This document shows, piece by piece, positions 17,458-25,275 of a DNA stretch of 64,000 nt. The stretch is from positions 139,592 to 203,591 of the forward strand of contig CAVVFV010000008.1 in assembly GCA_963747695.1 (NCBI GenBank). Reading direction: 5' to 3'. Below the pieces are notes generated by a model. The model was not told the origin of the DNA and searched no databases. It was given only the letters and a program-made list of their open reading frames with translations. The DNA comes from Candidatus Falkowbacteria bacterium (GTDB lineage Bacteria; Patescibacteriota; Patescibacteriia; Patescibacteriales; WJLG01). A program made the translations under genes and the position numbers. How positions within the stretch are numbered: position 1 is the first letter of the stretch; each line of letters begins with the position of its first letter.

Positions 17458-17655
17458 CAATATTTAAATATCTTTGCCACTTTTTTTAGAAAAAAGTGGC
17501 GGAAAAAATCGCGCGCTGGACAAATTTCCTATCACTCCGCTAAGAAACCTAGCAAATTTCGAACTCGTCGGCGCGGCGCCTCCTCAGACAACGAAATTTG
17601 CACGGTTTCAACGCTGCGTGATTACGGAAATTTTCCAATGCGCGCAATAAGGAAA
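17458..17655. repeat. conserved non-coding element, copy 2 (candidate structured RNA)
   Basis: Paralogue of 11195..11440 that lacks the GC mini-hairpins of copy 1. Stems gccacttttttt/aaaaaagtggc (17476..17500) and gcaaatttcg/cgaaatttgc (17552..17561 / 17592..17601). Confidence 0.6.
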
Positions 17656-17747
17656 ACAATTTATAACCGAGACGAAATTTAAAAATTTTACAAAAAAAAG
17701 AGTTTGACGTCGGCCAAACTAATTAACTAATCAACTAATCAACCAAA

Positions 17748-19325
17748 ATGGATTATTTAAAGATCGGCAAGGCGACCGAATTGACCGGCGGCGACCGGAT
17801 ATTTTATCGGATCCTGGAAATTTTTCCGGGAGCTTTTGCTTGGGGAACTTTGCTTATCTTAATTGTTTTTTCTTATTTCAAACCGGTCTGGGTGGCATAT
17901 TTCATCATTGCTTTTGACGTCTATTGGCTGTTACTCGTCCTTTACTTGGGCATAATGCTCGTCACCTCCTATTTTAAAATGAAGCAGATGCGCCGGATCG
18001 ATTGGCGTAAAAAATGTGAAGAATTATCGGTAAAAACCGCCGCCAAGCTGCCCGATGATTGTCTGGTCAAAGCCGGGTTTACTTATCGGGATATCATCCA
18101 TTTGGTGATAGCGCCGACGTTGAACGAGCCGGTGGAAGTTTTGCGGGCCAGCATCCAGTCGATCGATAATGACGGGTTCCCCCGCGAAAATATCATTTTT
18201 GTCTTGGCAATCGAGGAGCGTGAAGGACAGCGAGGCTTGGATAAGGCGGCGATCTTGAAAAAAGAGTTCGACGGCAAGTTCCGGAATTTTGTCGTTACCG
18301 TTCATCCCGATATCGAAGGAGAGCTGAAAGGGAAGGGCGCTAATCAGGCTTGGGGAGCGCGAAAAGTCAGAGAAGAAGTGATCGACAAGGAAAAGATTCC
18401 TTATAATAAAATTCTCGTCAGCGTTTTTGATAGCGACACGGTCGTTTATCCCGGATTTTTCTTTTGCCTCTCTTATTATTTTTTGACCGTCACCAAGCCT
18501 TATCGCGTCAGCTATCAGCCGGTTCCGCTTTATCACAATAATGTCTGGGAAGTCCCGTTCTTTTCCCGGGTTGCCGCCTCCAGCAATACTTTTTGGCAGA
18601 TGATGCAGCAGATCCGGCCGGACAAATTGGCCACTTATTCCTCTCATTCGATGAGCTGGCAGTCTTTGGTGGATATCGGTTTTTGGTCGACCACCATGGC
18701 TTCGGAGGATTCCCGCATCTATTGGCATTGTTATTTCCATTACAACGGCGATTATCGCGCTGAGCCGATCTTTTTTCCGATCTCGATGGATTCGGTGATG
18801 GTTCAAGACAATTGGAACACGATGAAGAGCCTGTATAAACAGCAGCGCCGCTGGGGTTGGGGAGTGGAAAATATCCCTTATCTGATCTTCAATACGGTCA
18901 AGCGCTGGAAAGTTTTGCCCAAGCGCGATGCGCTGGATAAAATCTTCACTCAAGTCTACGGTTTTCATTCTTGGGCGACCAACGCTCTGATCATCGGCGT
19001 GATCGGCTGGCTGCCGCTTTTTTTCGGCGGCGATACTTTCAGCGGCATGGTCATTTCGGGAAATTTGCCGAGCGTCACCCAGACTTTAATGACGTTATCG
19101 ATGATCGGTTTGTTGATTTCGGCGGTCGTTTCTTCGCTTTTGATGCCTCGCCGGCCGATCGGCGTCAGCCGGCTTAAAAGAGTGATGATCGTTTTTGAAT
19201 GGCTGCTTTTGCCGATCGGCATTATTTTCTTCGGCGCCTTTCCCGCGCTGGACGCGCAAACCCGGCTAATGTTTGGTAAATATATGGGGTTCTGGGTAAC
19301 GCCCAAAATCCGCAAGGAACAATAA
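17748..19325 (+). CDS. membrane-embedded family-2 glycosyltransferase (processive, cellulose/chitin-synthase-like)
   Basis: 525 aa with flanking TM helices, the DxD-type motif VFDSDTV and the Q-x-x-RW motif QQRRWGWG. Confidence 0.8.
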   Translation: MDYLKIGKATELTGGDRIFYRILEIFPGAFAWGTLLILIVFSYFKPVWVAYFIIAFDVYWLLLVLYLGIMLVTSYFKMKQMRRIDWRKKCEELSVKTAAKLPDDCLVKAGFTYRDIIHLVIAPTLNEPVEVLRASIQSIDNDGFPRENIIFVLAIEEREGQRGLDKAAILKKEFDGKFRNFVVTVHPDIEGELKGKGANQAWGARKVREEVIDKEKIPYNKILVSVFDSDTVVYPGFFFCLSYYFLTVTKPYRVSYQPVPLYHNNVWEVPFFSRVAASSNTFWQMMQQIRPDKLATYSSHSMSWQSLVDIGFWSTTMASEDSRIYWHCYFHYNGDYRAEPIFFPISMDSVMVQDNWNTMKSLYKQQRRWGWGVENIPYLIFNTVKRWKVLPKRDALDKIFTQVYGFHSWATNALIIGVIGWLPLFFGGDTFSGMVISGNLPSVTQTLMTLSMIGLLISAVVSSLLMPRRPIGVSRLKRVMIVFEWLLLPIGIIFFGAFPALDAQTRLMFGKYMGFWVTPKIRKEQ

Positions 19326-19333
19326 TTCAAACA

Positions 19334-19768
19334 ATGAAACCAAAACATCACAAAGGAAAATTGCTCACCGGACTTTTTTTGACACCGTATTTCTTCACTT
19401 TGGTTTGTCTGGTGGTGGTCGCGGTGATAATTTTGCCGGTCTATAAAAATGCCCGCGAGCGTTTGGCGGTTAATAGCCAAGTCGCTGATCTGCAGAAACA
19501 GATCAGCAGTTTGGAGGCGAGCAATAATGATTTGACTAAGCTGGAGGATTATCTGCAGTCCGATCAATTTGTGGAAAAAGAAGCCCGTTTGAATATGAAT
19601 TTGAAGATGCCGGGCGAGCATGTGGCGGTAATTGAGAATTCCGATTCCGCCTCCGGTCAAAGCGCTGACGGCTCAGCCGCTGGCAACGGCGATACAAAAA
19701 ATTCCAACCCGATTGAGTGGTGGAATTATTTTTTCGGAAGCGGTTCTGATGCGAATGCCGCGAATTAG
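19334..19768 (+). CDS. FtsB/DivIC-like septum formation initiator
   Basis: 144 aa with a single TM, a coiled coil (LQKQISSLEASNNDLTKLEDYL) and DQFVEKEARLNMNLKMPGEHV. The last 8 codons lie inside repeat R1. Confidence 0.6.
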   Translation: MKPKHHKGKLLTGLFLTPYFFTLVCLVVVAVIILPVYKNARERLAVNSQVADLQKQISSLEASNNDLTKLEDYLQSDQFVEKEARLNMNLKMPGEHVAVIENSDSASGQSADGSAAGNGDTKNSNPIEWWNYFFGSGSDANAAN

Positions 19769-19860
19769 TCGCGAATGCCGCGAAAAATGCGAATAACGTT
19801 TGAACCATTCGCGGTTTTCGCGGCATTCGCGCTCATTCGTAGATTTGCATCATGTTTATG
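19746..19860. repeat. long-hairpin intergenic element R1
   Basis: Arms are gcgaatgccgcgaaaaatgcgaat (19771..19794) and attcgcggttttcgcggcattcgc (19807..19830), followed by cattcgtagatttgcatcatgtttatg. Near-identical copy at 61777..61870. Confidence 0.75.
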
Positions 19861-20085
19861 AGCCGAGAAGGGGGATCGGACCCCTGACCTATTTACCCCG
19901 CATATCACTTAATTTTGTATTATAATCTCATGGAGCCGGCTGTCGGGGTTGAACCGACCACCTGCGGTTTACGATACCGCCGCTCTACCAGATGAGCTAA
20001 GCCGGCATCATGAGATTATAATACAAATCATTTTAAGAATGCGGGGCGAGCGATACCGTCGCTCTACCAGCTGAGCTATCTCGGC
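19861..20085 (-). pseudogene. interrupted Thr(CGU)-like tRNA gene hosting a nested tRNA
   Basis: The 5' part (20085..20051) gives the acceptor strand GCCGAGA, a D arm and ACGGT-ATCG. The 3' part (19890..19861) gives AGGTC, T arm AGGGG-TCCGATC-CCCCT and acceptor strand TCTCGGC, complementary 7/7. About 160 nt intervene. Confidence 0.5.
19934..20006 (-). tRNA. tRNA-Thr (anticodon CGU)
   Basis: 73-nt cloverleaf: GCCGGCT/AGCCGGC acceptor, GCTC/GAGC D stem, GCGGT-ATCGTAA-ACCGC anticodon arm, GTCGG-TTCAACC-CCGAC T arm. No encoded CCA. Confidence 0.85.
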
Positions 20086-20314
20086 CTTTTTGAAACATTT
20101 TTTCAAAAAAGGTTTCAATACTTCCAAAAATATAATGTGTCAAGAGCTAATTTTTGAGCGAGCAAAGCTCTACTGCCCAAAAATTAGCCCTTGACTGAGA
20201 TAATTGAAAAAACTAGAAATTTGGAATCGTCCCGCCTTTCCCTGGACCGGATTTATTGGTATTATTAAATTATCATTAAATTTATTTAAAAGCAAGGCTA
20301 GATTTAGGCTATTT

Positions 20315-22024
20315 ATGATAAAAAATTGGAAATTACTTTTAACTTTTAACTTTTTACTTTTAACTTTCGCTGCCCTGCCTGCGTTGGCTGATCAGGGCAT
20401 TGTTTTTGATGATGGCGGAGTTTCGTCAACGCCGGTTCCGGTCGCGACAGTTGCGGCGCCGGTCGTGCCGGGATCGGCCACTTCGACCGCCGCGGAAAAC
20501 TATTTTGCTGCCAGCAATACGTCGGCGGTCAGCGCCGATCTGAACGCCGCCGCTTCCTTTAAGGGTGATGCTTTGTCGACCGCCGATCATAATTTCACGG
20601 TTTCTTTTCCAGCCAAGTCCTTACTAACCGCTGTGCGGATTGATGCCGAGCTGGTTAGCGAAGAGTTGCCGACGCCGTGGAAACTGGAAAAAATCAGCCC
20701 GACTTATCAATTTGATTTGAGCGATAGTTCGGCTTATAACAATAAATTGCCGATCACTTTGACCATCGGCTATAACGGCGATAACCAATATTATAAAAGA
20801 GTTTATTTTTTCGACAAGAATTCGCAATCTTGGCGCGAATTGCCGACCACGGATAATCCGGCCAACCAGACAGTCACGGCCAAGATTTTCCTCCCTTATG
20901 CCCAGGTGGCGGTGATGAGCGATCCTTCCATCTTGGTTTTGGGCAAGGCCAGCTGGTATGCTTATAAAGGAGGTAATTTTGCCGCGGCGGTTGATTTTCC
21001 TAAAGGTTCGAAATTGCGCGTTTACAACACGGACAATAATAAATCGGTCGACATTACGGTCAACGATTTCGGTCCGGATCGCGCGCAGTTTCCCGATCGC
21101 ATCTTGGATCTGGATAAAGTGGCCTTCAAGAAGATCGCCAGTAAAGGCGAAGGGGTGATCAATATTCGCGTCCAACCGCTCTTGGTGACGCCGGACGCCA
21201 ATGGCCGAGTACTGGGAGTTTCCGAAGAAGGAGCGATGGCGCAACCGGATATCAAGGCCGCCGCCGCGATTGTCACCGACGAAAAGACCGGCGCGGTGAT
21301 CTGGGAAAAAAATTCTGCCGCTGTCTTGCCTTTGGCCAGCTTATCCAAGCTGGTAGCGATCAAAGTTTTTTTTAATCAGCAGCCGTCTTTGAATACCGTG
21401 GTAACTTATCAGAAGCAAGACGAATTGTATAATTATCAGTATTGCTCGCCGGCGGAATCGGCCCGCGTGACGCTTAATGATGGGGACACGCTGACGATCG
21501 GTGACCTGGTTTATTCCGCTTTGGTCGGTTCGGCCAATAATGCCGTTGAATCTTTGGTCAGAGTTTCCGGTCTTTCCCGCGATGCTTTCATCGCTGCGAT
21601 GAATTCTTATGTCAGTTCAATCGGCGCGACCAGCACTCATTTCATCGAACCAACCGGGCTTTCGGCGCAAAACGTGAGCACCGCCCAAGACTATGCTATA
21701 ATTACTAGGGAAATATACCAGACCCCATTGATCCAAAAGATTACCGTGACTCCCAAATATTCTTTCATTACGATCAATACCAAGAAAAAGCATACCTTGA
21801 CCAACACTAATGATTTTATCCGCGATGGAGTTTTTGCGGCGAGCAACAATTTGAAAGTTACGGGCTCAAAAACCGGCTACTTGGATCAGTATAATTTGAT
21901 GACCAGAGCGACGGGTTCCGGCGGGGAAGAAGTGATCGCGGTGGATTTCGGGGCGACGACTAAATTGCAAAGCTTGGCGGAAACCGAAGAGCTGATCGAA
22001 TATGGAATCAAAACCTTAAAGTAA
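20315..22024 (+). CDS. RlpA-like (DPBB) domain plus D-alanyl-D-alanine carboxypeptidase (PBP5/S11-type)
   Basis: Start moved to ATG 20315 (MIKNWKLLLTF.. signal). ASWYAYKGGNFAAAV..VNDFGPD is RlpA-like. Penicillin-binding motifs are SLSK (SxxK), SANN (SxN) and KTG. Confidence 0.75.
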   Translation: MIKNWKLLLTFNFLLLTFAALPALADQGIVFDDGGVSSTPVPVATVAAPVVPGSATSTAAENYFAASNTSAVSADLNAAASFKGDALSTADHNFTVSFPAKSLLTAVRIDAELVSEELPTPWKLEKISPTYQFDLSDSSAYNNKLPITLTIGYNGDNQYYKRVYFFDKNSQSWRELPTTDNPANQTVTAKIFLPYAQVAVMSDPSILVLGKASWYAYKGGNFAAAVDFPKGSKLRVYNTDNNKSVDITVNDFGPDRAQFPDRILDLDKVAFKKIASKGEGVINIRVQPLLVTPDANGRVLGVSEEGAMAQPDIKAAAAIVTDEKTGAVIWEKNSAAVLPLASLSKLVAIKVFFNQQPSLNTVVTYQKQDELYNYQYCSPAESARVTLNDGDTLTIGDLVYSALVGSANNAVESLVRVSGLSRDAFIAAMNSYVSSIGATSTHFIEPTGLSAQNVSTAQDYAIITREIYQTPLIQKITVTPKYSFITINTKKKHTLTNTNDFIRDGVFAASNNLKVTGSKTGYLDQYNLMTRATGSGGEEVIAVDFGATTKLQSLAETEELIEYGIKTLK

Positions 22025-22054
22025 AAAGTTAAAAGCTGAAAGTTATAAAGTTTT

Positions 22055-22741
22055 TTGAAGATGATAAAATTATTTAATGTCTACAAGTCGTATATCAACG
22101 ACGTCCAGGTTTTAAAGGACGTGAATTTGCATATCAAGCCGGGGGAATTCGTTTCAATCGTCGGACAATCCGGTTCGGGCAAAACGACTTTGGTGAAAGC
22201 GATGATCGGCGAAGAAAAAATAAATGAAGGAAAGATTATTATCGGCGGTTGGGACATCACCGACATCGGTGGTCGCGAAGTCCCTTATTTGCGCCGCCAG
22301 ATCGGCGTTATTTTTCAGGATTTCAAATTGCTGCCTAAAAAGACTTTATTCGAGAACGTGGCTTTTGCCCTGGAAGTCTGCGGTCAACCTTCCAAAAGAA
22401 TCAAAGATATCATTCCCCGAGTGATGAAGATCGTCGGTTTGGAAGATAAGATGCATCGGTATCCGCATGAAGTTTCCGGCGGCGAAAAACAGCGCGCCGC
22501 CATCGCCCGCGCTCTGGTGCACAGCCCGAAAGTCCTCCTGGCCGATGAGCCGACCGGAAATCTGGATGCGATCAATGCCGGCGAGATCACCGACCTGCTT
22601 TTGCATATCAATAAATTCGGCACGACGATCGTGCTGGTCAGCCATAATAAGGAAATCGTCAATCGTCTCAATAAAAGAGTGATCACGATTGATAACGGCT
22701 GCATCGTTTCCGACCGGGAGAAGGGGAAGTATTTGTTATAG
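22055..22741 (+). CDS. ftsE: cell-division ABC ATPase FtsE
   Basis: 228 aa with Walker A GQSGSGKTT, signature SGGEKQR and Walker B LLADEP. Directly upstream of the FtsX-like gene. Confidence 0.85.
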   Translation: MKMIKLFNVYKSYINDVQVLKDVNLHIKPGEFVSIVGQSGSGKTTLVKAMIGEEKINEGKIIIGGWDITDIGGREVPYLRRQIGVIFQDFKLLPKKTLFENVAFALEVCGQPSKRIKDIIPRVMKIVGLEDKMHRYPHEVSGGEKQRAAIARALVHSPKVLLADEPTGNLDAINAGEITDLLLHINKFGTTIVLVSHNKEIVNRLNKRVITIDNGCIVSDREKGKYLL

Positions 22742-22815
22742 ATTGTTATATTGTCATATTGCTATATTGTTACGCGCTGAAAAAAATTAATTTTAACAAT
22801 ATAACAATATAGCAA
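22742..22815. repeat. caatata/tattg-family intergenic palindrome, copy 1
   Basis: Arms are attgttatattgtcatattgctatattgttacgc and ttaacaatataacaatatagcaat. Copies at 48567..48652 and 51836..51918. Confidence 0.75.
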
Positions 22816-22827
22816 TAAATTATCATT

Positions 22828-23742
22828 ATGTTTTTTCTCTCGTTATATCGTATTATTAAATTCAGTTTGCAGGATTTGTCCCGCAATATTTGGCTGTCGA
22901 TCGTGACGGTGATGATTTTGATTCTGGCGCTTTTTTCCATCAATATGCTCTTGGTCGTGAAAGTCATCGGCGATGCGGCCGTCGGCGCCATCAAAGATAA
23001 GATCGACATCAGCCTTTATCTCAAGCCGGATGCCGACGAAAACGCGATCATGGCGTTGAAAGCGCAGATTGAGAATTTAAGCGACGTGAAATCGGTTAAA
23101 TATGTTTCCAAGGATGAGGCCTTGGGTATTTTTCAGCAAAACAACAGCGATAACCCGGAAATTTTGCAGGCCTTGCGGGAATTAGGAGAGAATCCGCTGA
23201 CGCCGACGTTGATCATCCAGCCGAAGAACGCTGACAATATCGATAATCTAACCCATGAGCTGGATCGCATCGTTTCGACGATCATCGATTCTCGGAATTT
23301 TACCGATTACCAAACCATGCTCAATAAAATAAATTCCGTCACCGATAAAGTAACTAAGGCCGGTATGGTTTTGAGCGCGATTTTCGTTTTCATCACTTTG
23401 ATGGTCATCTTCAATGCCATCCGCGTCGCCATCTATACTCATAATATGGAAATAAACATCATGCGCCTGGTCGGAGCGCCCAATACTTTTATTTATCTGC
23501 CGTTTCTGGTGTCCAGCCTTTTCTATACCTTGTTCGGCTTGGTCATCATTATTTTGCTGTTCTATCCGTTCCTGGGGTTACTGCAACCTTATTTGGAAGC
23601 TTTTTTTGTCGGTTACAGCATCAATTTAGTCGATTATTTCAATCAGCACTTCTGGGAAATTTTCGGCGGCGAGTTCGTCGGCATTGCGGCAATCAACATC
23701 TTGGCCAGCTGGTGGGCGGCGCGGAGATACGCGCAAGCATAA
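22828..23742 (+). CDS. ftsX: cell-division permease FtsX
   Basis: 304 aa with an N-terminal TM, an external domain and a C-terminal 3-TM FtsX bundle. Follows ftsE. Confidence 0.8.
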   Translation: MFFLSLYRIIKFSLQDLSRNIWLSIVTVMILILALFSINMLLVVKVIGDAAVGAIKDKIDISLYLKPDADENAIMALKAQIENLSDVKSVKYVSKDEALGIFQQNNSDNPEILQALRELGENPLTPTLIIQPKNADNIDNLTHELDRIVSTIIDSRNFTDYQTMLNKINSVTDKVTKAGMVLSAIFVFITLMVIFNAIRVAIYTHNMEINIMRLVGAPNTFIYLPFLVSSLFYTLFGLVIIILLFYPFLGLLQPYLEAFFVGYSINLVDYFNQHFWEIFGGEFVGIAAINILASWWAARRYAQA

Positions 23743-23769
23743 CCATTGCCAATAATAGGTAGATAAAAT

Positions 23770-23799
23770 AAAACGGAAGAGATCGACTCTTCCGTTTTT
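23770..23799. terminator. bidirectional rho-independent terminator
   Basis: aaaacggaagag-atcga-ctcttccgtttt lies between convergent genes, with A and T runs on either side. Confidence 0.65.
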
Positions 23800-23818
23800 C
23801 TAGCCTTTACTGATGTCT

Positions 23819-24274
23819 TCAACCTTTTAAGCTGGCTTTGATTTTTCTCGTCATCGCGATGAGCGCCGCTGCCAATAAAGAAAATAGCGATCCGGTACTG
23901 ATAAGAATCAAACTACCGACAAGATTGTTGTGCGAGGCAAAGTCGAATTGATCGCAAAGGAGATAGACCGCCAAGACGAGGAAAAGTATCAGCCATAATG
24001 TCAACAATGTTTTAGAAATCTTCCGCCTGGCGAAAGGGAAGAAAGTCAGGGCGGCCATGAATATTTCCGGTCCGGAAAATTCTCCATAGATCAGCAGCGG
24101 CGAAATAAAGAGGAAGGCGATTGCCGCAGCGGCCAGCTTGCCGATGAAGCGAAAATGTTTATTGCTCGCCATCGTCAGTGCGATGAAGAAACCGGAACTG
24201 AATAGACAGCAAATGCCGATCATGGAAAAAAAGTTCTTCCAAGGCAGACAGTTGAGGAAACCAGGATAATGCAT
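23819..24274 (-). CDS. hypothetical polytopic membrane protein
   Basis: 151 aa with 4-5 hydrophobic helices and no motif. Confidence 0.5.
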   Translation of the reverse strand: MHYPGFLNCLPWKNFFSMIGICCLFSSGFFIALTMASNKHFRFIGKLAAAAIAFLFISPLLIYGEFSGPEIFMAALTFFPFARRKISKTLLTLWLILFLVLAVYLLCDQFDFASHNNLVGSLILISTGSLFSLLAAALIAMTRKIKASLKG

Positions 24275-24409
24275 ATCAACCCCCTTCGGTTAAATGTTTT
24301 CAATGAAAAAGATCAGCTTTAGTTATTATCATATTATTATATTTAAGTCAATCTTTAAGGTGATGGTCTTTGTTTGAGAATATTTTCGGCCCCCACTTAT
24401 AATATAGAT

Positions 24410-24973
24410 ATGAAAAGAACGGTCTTGAAAGAATTTTTTTTTCAGCGCCCGACGCTGATGGTTGCCCATGATCTGCTGGGAAAATTTTTGGTGAGAAATA
24501 TCGGCCGCCAGGAAATAGCGGTGATGATTACTGAAGTCGAAGCTTATGACGGGCCGCGCGATAAAGCGTCGCACGCGTCCCGGGGGATGACGCTCCGCAA
24601 TTCGATTATGTTCGGCGTTGGCGGATATTTTTACATTTATCTTTGTTATGGCATGTACGAGATGCTCAACATCGTTACCGGTCCCCAAAATTATCCGGCC
24701 GCGATCCTGATCCGCGGCGCATCTTCCCTTCTTTCCAAGGAAGGGTCGGGGGGTGGTTTGAACGGTCCCGGCAAACTCACCAAGTTTTTAAAGATCAATC
24801 GTCGTTTCAATAAAAAATTAGCGAATAAAGCGACCGGCCTTTGGTTTGAAGACCGCGGCGTAAAAATTACCGGCAAAATGATCAAGCGCACACCCCGCAT
24901 CGGAGTCGCCTACGCCGGTCCGATCTGGTCCAGGAAAAAATACCGTTTCCTTTTGACAAATACCGAAGAATAG
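24410..24973 (+). CDS. DNA-3-methyladenine glycosylase (MPG/AAG family)
   Basis: MKRTVLKEFF..VAHDLLGKFL..ITEVEAYDGPRDKASHASRGMTLRNSIMFGVGGYFYIYLCYGMYEMLNIV. TATAAT at 24398..24403 lies 6 nt before this ATG, so the mRNA may be leaderless. The ORF track starts earlier, at TTG 24374. Confidence 0.8.
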   Translation: MKRTVLKEFFFQRPTLMVAHDLLGKFLVRNIGRQEIAVMITEVEAYDGPRDKASHASRGMTLRNSIMFGVGGYFYIYLCYGMYEMLNIVTGPQNYPAAILIRGASSLLSKEGSGGGLNGPGKLTKFLKINRRFNKKLANKATGLWFEDRGVKITGKMIKRTPRIGVAYAGPIWSRKKYRFLLTNTEE

Positions 24974-25069
24974 CTTATATTTTAATTATTAATACCACCA
25001 GAACGGTGGTTTTTGAATAAAGGTTTTTCGCGCATACGATATACTAAATACCAAATACGAAATACTAAT

Positions 25070-25191
25070 TCGGGGATCGTCCAACGGCCTGCCCAAGGCG
25101 GGCGCGTAGGACAGCAGCCTTTGGAGCTGTTAATCATGGTTCGCCCCAGCCATTCGGCGGGGCGCCAGGGGTTCATCCCCTGGCGAATCCA
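25070..25191 (+). pseudogene. tRNA-Gln-like 5' fragment carrying two GC-hairpin insertions
   Basis: Identical to tRNA-Gln positions 1 to about 58, except for a 19-nt insert in the D loop (25088..25106) and a 42-nt insert in the T loop (25144..25185). Homology stops at aatcca, and the 3' T-stem and acceptor strand are missing. Confidence 0.6.
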
Positions 25192-25204
25192 GACAATTTA
25201 TAAT

Positions 25205-25275
25205 TCGGGGATCGTCCAACGGTAGGACAGCAGCCTTTGGAGCTGTTAATCATGGTTCGAATCCATGTCCCCGAA
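25205..25275 (+). tRNA. tRNA-Gln (anticodon UUG)
   Basis: 71-nt cloverleaf: TCGGGGA/TCCCCGA acceptor, GTCC/GGAC D stem, GCAGC-CTTTGGA-GCTGT anticodon arm, CATGG-TTCGAAT-CCATG T arm. Its 3' end forms the left junction of the island. Confidence 0.85.

Noticed and set aside
18024-18968. Long antisense ORFs inside well-supported genes. Examples: 18024..18968, 13427..14137, 20624..21244, 45568..46122, 47546..48286, 53168..53707, 54065..54796, 60287..60700, 61811..62242, 62939..63424.
   Set aside because: Each lies opposite a gene with clear family motifs (GT2, ATPase partner, PBP5, MacA, MacB permease, CopA, FGGY, UvrD). Their translations are low-complexity (Arg/Gly/Ile-rich), as is typical of shadow frames.
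20090-20314. Upstream extension of the carboxypeptidase ORF (start 20204), and hairpins at 20091..20120 and 20143..20196 as possible small RNAs.
   Set aside because: The extension (MKKLEIWNRPAFPW..) precedes a much better signal-peptide start at 20315. The hairpins are plausible tRNA-locus terminator or promoter structures, and there is no evidence beyond self-complementarity.
25013-25225. ORF 25013..25225 (+) and 24982..25176 (-).
   Set aside because: They overlap the tRNA-Gln pseudogene and gene and the GC hairpins. There is no coding signal.
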